NCBI GenBank assembly: GCA_964016885.1 | Contig: OZ024741.1 | Location: 166,222,001 to 166,286,000, forward strand | Reading direction: 5' to 3' | DNA from: Eledone cirrhosa | Lineage: Eukaryota | Length of the DNA: 64,000 nucleotides | Shown: one piece after another, positions 58,417-64,000 of the stretch | Position numbering within the stretch: position 1 is the first letter of the stretch | Layout: every line of letters begins with the position of its first letter | Program-made: the position numbers and the translations under genes | The notes under the pieces: generated by a model | Database searches by the model: none | The model's input: the letters and a program-made list of their open reading frames with translations, nothing else | Told to the model about the DNA's origin: nothing

Positions 58417-58990
58417 CAGTTGGTGCTACTGGTAACATGTATTCCAGTACAACCTGTCCCATGGTCGGGTCGCTGGCAACCCCACCAAGGTTTCTTGGTG
58501 AGGAGGGTGACTTTGGACATCCTGCAGGACTAAAAACAAAACCTGTCAAAGGGAAAAGGAACTCTTAAGAGTCAATGGCCATCCAAAATCACCGGGAGAG
58601 ATGACCCTCTTAGCCTTTGTCAAGGCAGAATTCTAGGAGAAGGAAAACTCTGATATAACACCTGCAACCCTGATGGTATCCAATGATGTTGACTTGTTCT
58701 TCTTTTTGGTAAATATCAGTGGGACTGGCTTTGTGCAGTGCCTTTGCTCACTATAAAAGCTTCACGGCACAGGCATTGCTTTATATCTGGAGATCTCTTT
58801 GCACTTGTCGTCACATGGTACCATGGGCCCAGCACTATGTGTCAATAATTGTCACAAGTGTAGTGTTTGTACCAGAGTTTTCAAGTCGCTGGCTGGACTA
58901 AAAAGTCACACTCGTTCAGCGCATCGGTAGGGGTTCTCCTACATGGATATAAAGTAGTGGCCGTACTCGAAAACGAGTTGGCAGTCACCA
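58417..58990 (+). mobile_element. Bipartite non-autonomous RTE derivative
   Basis: 5' part homologous to 24920-25290; 3' part encodes VCTRVFKSLAGLKSH and ends GCAGTCACC(ATGT)n. Confidence 0.72.
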
Positions 58991-59139
58991 TGTATGTATG
59001 TATGTATGTATGTATGTATGTATGTATGTATGTATGTATGTATGTATGTATGTATGTATGCATATATGTATGTATGTATGCATGTATGGATGTATGTATG
59101 CATATATGTATGCATGTATGTATCTATCTATCTATCCAT

Positions 59140-60850
59140 TCTGTACGTATTGACTCTAGAACCACTACTGCGGAAGTTGGAGTTTTTGCAGGGCATCCCT
59201 TTAGAACCGGGACTGCTTATGCCGAGGACTTGACGGTAATGGTGTCGAAAACCTCGGAAATCGAGGTAATCGGCAACCTACTACAGGAATACGAAAGGTT
59301 CACAGGAGCAAAACTGAACCCGGACAAGTCTGTCGGTTTGCAACTCGGAACGTGGAGAGGCAAACTTAAGCCGCCCGACAGCGTCGTCGGACGCTGGACG
59401 GAAGGACCGGTGAAATTGCTCGGGGTCTGGTTGGGTCCAGACCTCCAGGTGGAGAAAAACTGGAACGAGGTAATGGCCAAGGTATTTGCGTTCACCCAGA
59501 AGTGGACAGAGTGCAAACTATCCTTGAAAGGTGGAGGGGAGGTAGCGAACACTTTCATAGTGTCCGTCATCTACTACCGCTTGACTGTCGTGCCTTGTCT
59601 CCGTGAATACCTCACCAAGATGGAACGGATGCTCTTCCAGTTCCTGTGGAAGAAGCAGGCTCCACAGGTGAGGAGATCCGTCTGCTGTCAATACCCTTTC
59701 AACGTAGGGCTGAGCATGCCGTGGCTAATGATGCGCAAACATGCGCTGAGGCTACGGCATCTCCAGGTATTCCTCACCGACCAACCGGTGTGGGCACCGT
59801 TTGTGAGACAGGCTTTCCCACAGCTCGTCTCGCTGACGGAGCTGCAGTCCTGGGTCAAGCGAAGACCGAAGAACATGGGCGCCTGGCGCATTGAATGCGC
59901 CCAGGCGCTCAGAGTCCTCTGTCAAGCGGGCACAGCAATCAGTAGAGTCTCCACTTCGACATTCTATAGAGGATTAGTACTTTACAAGTGCGACGACGTG
60001 CTCGGGGAGACTCTAGGCGTCGAAGATGACGAGCTCACCAGTCTTGTTCGGTAGACTTTCCGCCCGGGACCTATGGACAACTTCTAGAGGTCCCTGGCCT
60101 GGCAGTGCTACCGAGGAGCTCTACCCGTTCGAGATAAGATCTACAGGCACGGACTCCCCGGCAGGGATCCTTCCAAGAGGTCGTGTCCAAGATGCGAGCA
60201 AGACATTGAAACCGTCTTGCACGCAGTTGTACACTGCCCGGGCATAAGCGACTTATGGAACTATGCAGAACAACTGCTGTCGCGTATGGGACAAACCCAG
60301 TTGACTGCCGAGTCCATAGTAAGGATCAAACCGCCAGCCTCTTTCAAAAAGGAAAGAAAGGCGATTTTCCTCTGTACAGTGGCTATGGTGAAAGAGGTTA
60401 TATGGTGGACGAGATTGAGAGGACTGAGGACAGATGCTTTTCTCTCCGGACAACAATGTATTCCCTTCTTTAAGTATCACTTTAGAAGGAGAATCAGAAT
60501 GGAGAGAGAGGCACTGCACCCCAGTAAATTTACTGAAAGGTGGGTGAATGAAGCGAAAATGGCCCGTGTGATTGGGCCTTCTCTGTTTATAAGCCTGTAG
60601 GTTAAAGAAGAGAGCAAAAGAAAGAAAGGAGCACTTGCACAACAATCTCCTGGAGTTGAGGGTTGTTCTATCTACGGGGTATAAAGCAACCCATTGTAAC
60701 GCCCCCCCCCCCTATTGGGGATTTCGATTGTTTAAATTTATTTGTTTGTTGTTAATATTTTTACACGAATTGTATGTAAATTCCCGGCATGCGTCCTTGT
60801 ATTGTCCTCCTTTTTTTGTGCGCCCTTGTGGCAAATAAAGAAAATTATCT
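59140..60850 (+). mobile_element. L1/Tx1-clade LINE, 5'-truncated
   Basis: LY.L.LEPLLRKL, AYAED, TGAKLNPDKS, VKLLGVWLG, FLWK, CPRC....ETV.HA...CP, AATAAA at the 3' end. Confidence 0.88.
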
Positions 60851-61647
60851 ATGCATGTATGTATGATCGTATATGCATGTATGTATGTATTTGTGTATGT
60901 ATGTATGTATGTATGTATGTATGTATGTATGTATGTATGTATGTATGTATGTATGTACGTATGTATGTATGTATGTATGTATGTATGTATGTATGTATGT
61001 ACGTATGTATATATGTACGTATGTATGTATGTATGTGTGTGTGAGTGTGGGTATATATGTGTGTGTGCGTGGGTGAGTGTGTACGCGTATATACCTGTGT
61101 AAGTTAAAACATGTGTGCCTGTCTGCATATGATTATGTGTATATGCATGTATGTATGTGAGTATGAGTGCGTATGTGTGTCTATATATGAGTATGTAGGT
61201 ACGACGAGTGTATGTGTGTGCGTGTGTACGTGACACAAACGTACGCCTCGCCCCACAGACACACACAGAGATACAGACATACATTTACACACATGCACTC
61301 GCGTGCACATATTCACATATACACATACACATGCTTGCCTGTCATTCATTTGTTTGGGGTCATGCTCTGACACCTTGGTCAAAAGCTATAGTTAATCATA
61401 TCAACGCCAATAAATAGGTACTTATTTTATTGATCTCTATTTATCAATACTCACTTTGGAGAGTTATCGCGCCTTTTACGGTAGTCAATTATTCCAGTTG
61501 TCATTCATAAACGAGTGTGACTTAATAATATGTACCATATTTTCTCTAAGGGTTTTGAGGTACTCGTACAGTTTCGTGCAGTCACGAGCAGACACATGCA
61601 GACTCTCGAAACTCCCTACCTCCGTTGATCCACTAGAACACCCAGGA

Positions 61648-61817
61648 CAGTGCCGGATTTACCATTGTGCTTAGGTGTGTATAAGCACAGAGCCCCGTTG
61701 CCCAGGAAGGGGGCCCATCTTCCTGCCAAAAAACGTTATCAGACCTCTTCAGGGCCCAAGTAAGGGGCCTCATAACTTAACTAGCACAAGGCCTCATTTG
61801 TCATGAATTCTGCACTG
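61648..61817. mobile_element. hAT-type MITE, same family as 44216-44382
   Basis: CAGTGCCGGATTTACCATTGTGCTTAGG..GCACTG; flanks ACCCAGGA / ATACAGGA. Confidence 0.85.
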
Positions 61818-62551
61818 ATACAGGATCTCTTAACTGGAAGAAAAGAAGGTTGCACCATCATTAGAGTGGTACTTTCATACTCGGCCTCCAAAAGGATGGA
61901 AAGCAAAATGAACCCCGGATGGATTTGAATTCAGAATGCAGAAACCTGAAACAGAATTTCAATGCTTTCATGACTCTGCCTTACAGCATTAAATACCACA
62001 AGATATTTATCTCAATATCCATGCGCAGAATTTCTGGTATTGTATTCTGGTTTTAGAAAGATGGTAAGTATTGTACATCATATATTGTTAGGGGTATGCT
62101 ACTTCGCATGATCAGGTAGAAAAGTGAATAAGTTGCTATGGAAAGTTGAAATTGATTGAAATAATACCAAATAATGAATGTATGTATTTATGTAACCTTA
62201 GGTTAAAATCCTATGTATTATTAGCAAGCCAAAGGAAATAATACACCCCGAACAATATGTGGCTTAACATATTTCCAAAGTCAGAATTCAATACTGGAAA
62301 CTTCCCGGAAAGAAAACCATAATTCATATAAATCATATATATTCAAGTGAAAATTTGATCTTCAAGTCAACCAATGATTATTCGCAATCCGAAAATCGAT
62401 TAAAGGTGTTTATCATTTTTTCAATTTACAGGGAAATTCGTATCTGGCATGTTTACATGACATGGTAAGCCTACATATTAAATATGTGAATGTATTTATA
62501 CATGTTGGTGCAGTCTCGGTTACACACTCTGTATTTATACAGATATAACTA

Positions 62552-63228
62552 ATATAGCTGTATACATATAAGTATGTGTATTTTGTATATCTAGTGATAT
62601 ACAGTATGTTTACGAATAAACATTTTGAAAGCCTTTAGCTATGAATTTGGAAACTGATGACATAGTGCTATCTAGTGGATTCCAACAGAAGCAAGGGCGG
62701 GTAACTGACAACGACGTCGTTTCTGACTCTGGTCATTATCAAGTCAGTACTCCCTTACTCTGCTCTCTGCTGGAACTCAATGTAGGCGAAAACATTTAGT
62801 TTTGACATCATCCACTAGATGGCTCTACACCATCAATTTCCAAATTCATAGCTTAAGGCTTTCAAAATGTTTATTCATAAATATACTGTATATCGCTAGA
62901 TATACAAAATACACATTCTTATATGTGTACAGCTATGTTGGAGTGAACACCTTAATTCTATTTTCAGGCCGAACCGGCCGACATCTCCATATGCAAATGA
63001 AGCTAATCATCCCATGTACATAAGTGTCAAATCTGTATGTTTTCGCCTATATTGAGTTCCAGCAGAGAGAAGGGTAAAGGAGCACTGACTTGATTACGAC
63101 CAGAGTCAGAAACGACGTCGTCATCAGTTATCCACTCGTTGCCTCTACTGGAATCCGCTAGATGGTGCTACGTCATCAGTTTCAAAATTAATAGCTGAAG
63201 GCTTTCAAAATGTTTATTCCTAAACATA
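62552..63228. mobile_element. Fold-back plus partial tandem hammerhead cassette (343-nt unit)
   Basis: 62552-62807 is inverted relative to 62810-63228; AAGGCTTTCAAAATG at 62855 and 63198. Confidence 0.85.
62704..62748 (-). ncRNA. Type-I hammerhead, U3-A8 core
   Basis: ACUGAC-UUGAUAA-[UGAC caga GUCA]-GAAAC-GACGUC-GUU|GUCAGU; the plus copy at 63084-63128 has GUC triplet but UUGAUUA core. Confidence 0.72.
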
Positions 63229-64000
63229 TCTTATCCTAAATGGACGGTAGTCCGTTTAGTAATATTGTTGTGGTCGTGTTTTCGTTGGCAATCGTCTGTT
63301 TACGACAGTACAGCGCGGCTCTACTTTATTTAACTGAGATAAAACTTATATGAGCATGAACAGTAGATCATTACGCATCTTTTGGCTTAAAAATCTAGAA
63401 ATTTGGTCCAGCGGGAAAAAGTTTATAATCAAAGTTTGCTGATAAATCTTGTGTTCAAGTGAGTGAGTAGTAAGCGTGACGCTAGGGGAGGTAATCCAGA
63501 AATGACGAATCTTTTTCGGCGGAACTCTTGTGATTGTGATTACGTTAGTCAAATGTAGTCAAATCGCCGAATCTCCTCCTCCTAATTGACTACGTCATTT
63601 CTGAACGGCCCTACTTGCGTCAGTGTGAAACATTACTTCACTTTTCACTGCTAAAATGCTTTTTAAATACTTCGTTAAAAATTTATGTTTATTATCAAAG
63701 CTATTTTTTGTACCAATCTATCAATAGTTTGCGAAAATATAGGTAAACATGTGAGTTAAATTTTTTTTAATCGCATCGATCGCTTTGTCGCATCCAACTG
63801 TGACACTGTCTGACTGTCTGTCTGACTGACACCTTTGTCGGACCGACACCTTTGTTCAAGCGGACAACTTTGTGTCACTGACACCTTTGTTCGTGCCGGC
63901 ATCTCTGCGAAACAGCGATGACAACAACCAGACCAAAATTTCACTTCATTCTTCATTCTTCTTCAAGACCGATCGCATCGGTTGCTCTTCATATACCAGG

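Noticed and set aside
63300-64000. Possible DNA transposon end or ORF at the window edge
   Set aside because: No recognisable domain or paired TIR within the window.

Overview
AT-rich, microsatellite-saturated eukaryotic DNA, most likely intronic or intergenic. No host protein-coding gene is supportable. The repeat content suggests an invertebrate, probably an octopus (inference). Contents: a decayed Neptune-type Penelope-like element (RT + GIY-YIG, ~0.95-4.5 kb); a ~9.4-kb array of a 30-bp minisatellite with higher-order repeats; RTE, R4/Dong, Tx1/L1 and CRE LINE relics; a deleted mariner; hAT and Tc1-type MITEs; Helitron ends; and two tRNA-derived SINE families. The main unexplained signal is about 25 type-I hammerhead ribozyme motifs, read by eye, from about 18 apparently unrelated non-coding modules, mostly at 18.5-41.2 kb. 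Many have palindromic minimal stem III and a downstream AATAAA, lie in head-to-head fold-back or partial tandem cassettes (periods 321, 343, 472 nt), and abut (TA)n tracts. They look like Penelope pLTR-derived, retrozyme-like elements. All boundaries are manual and approximate; no folding or database search was run.
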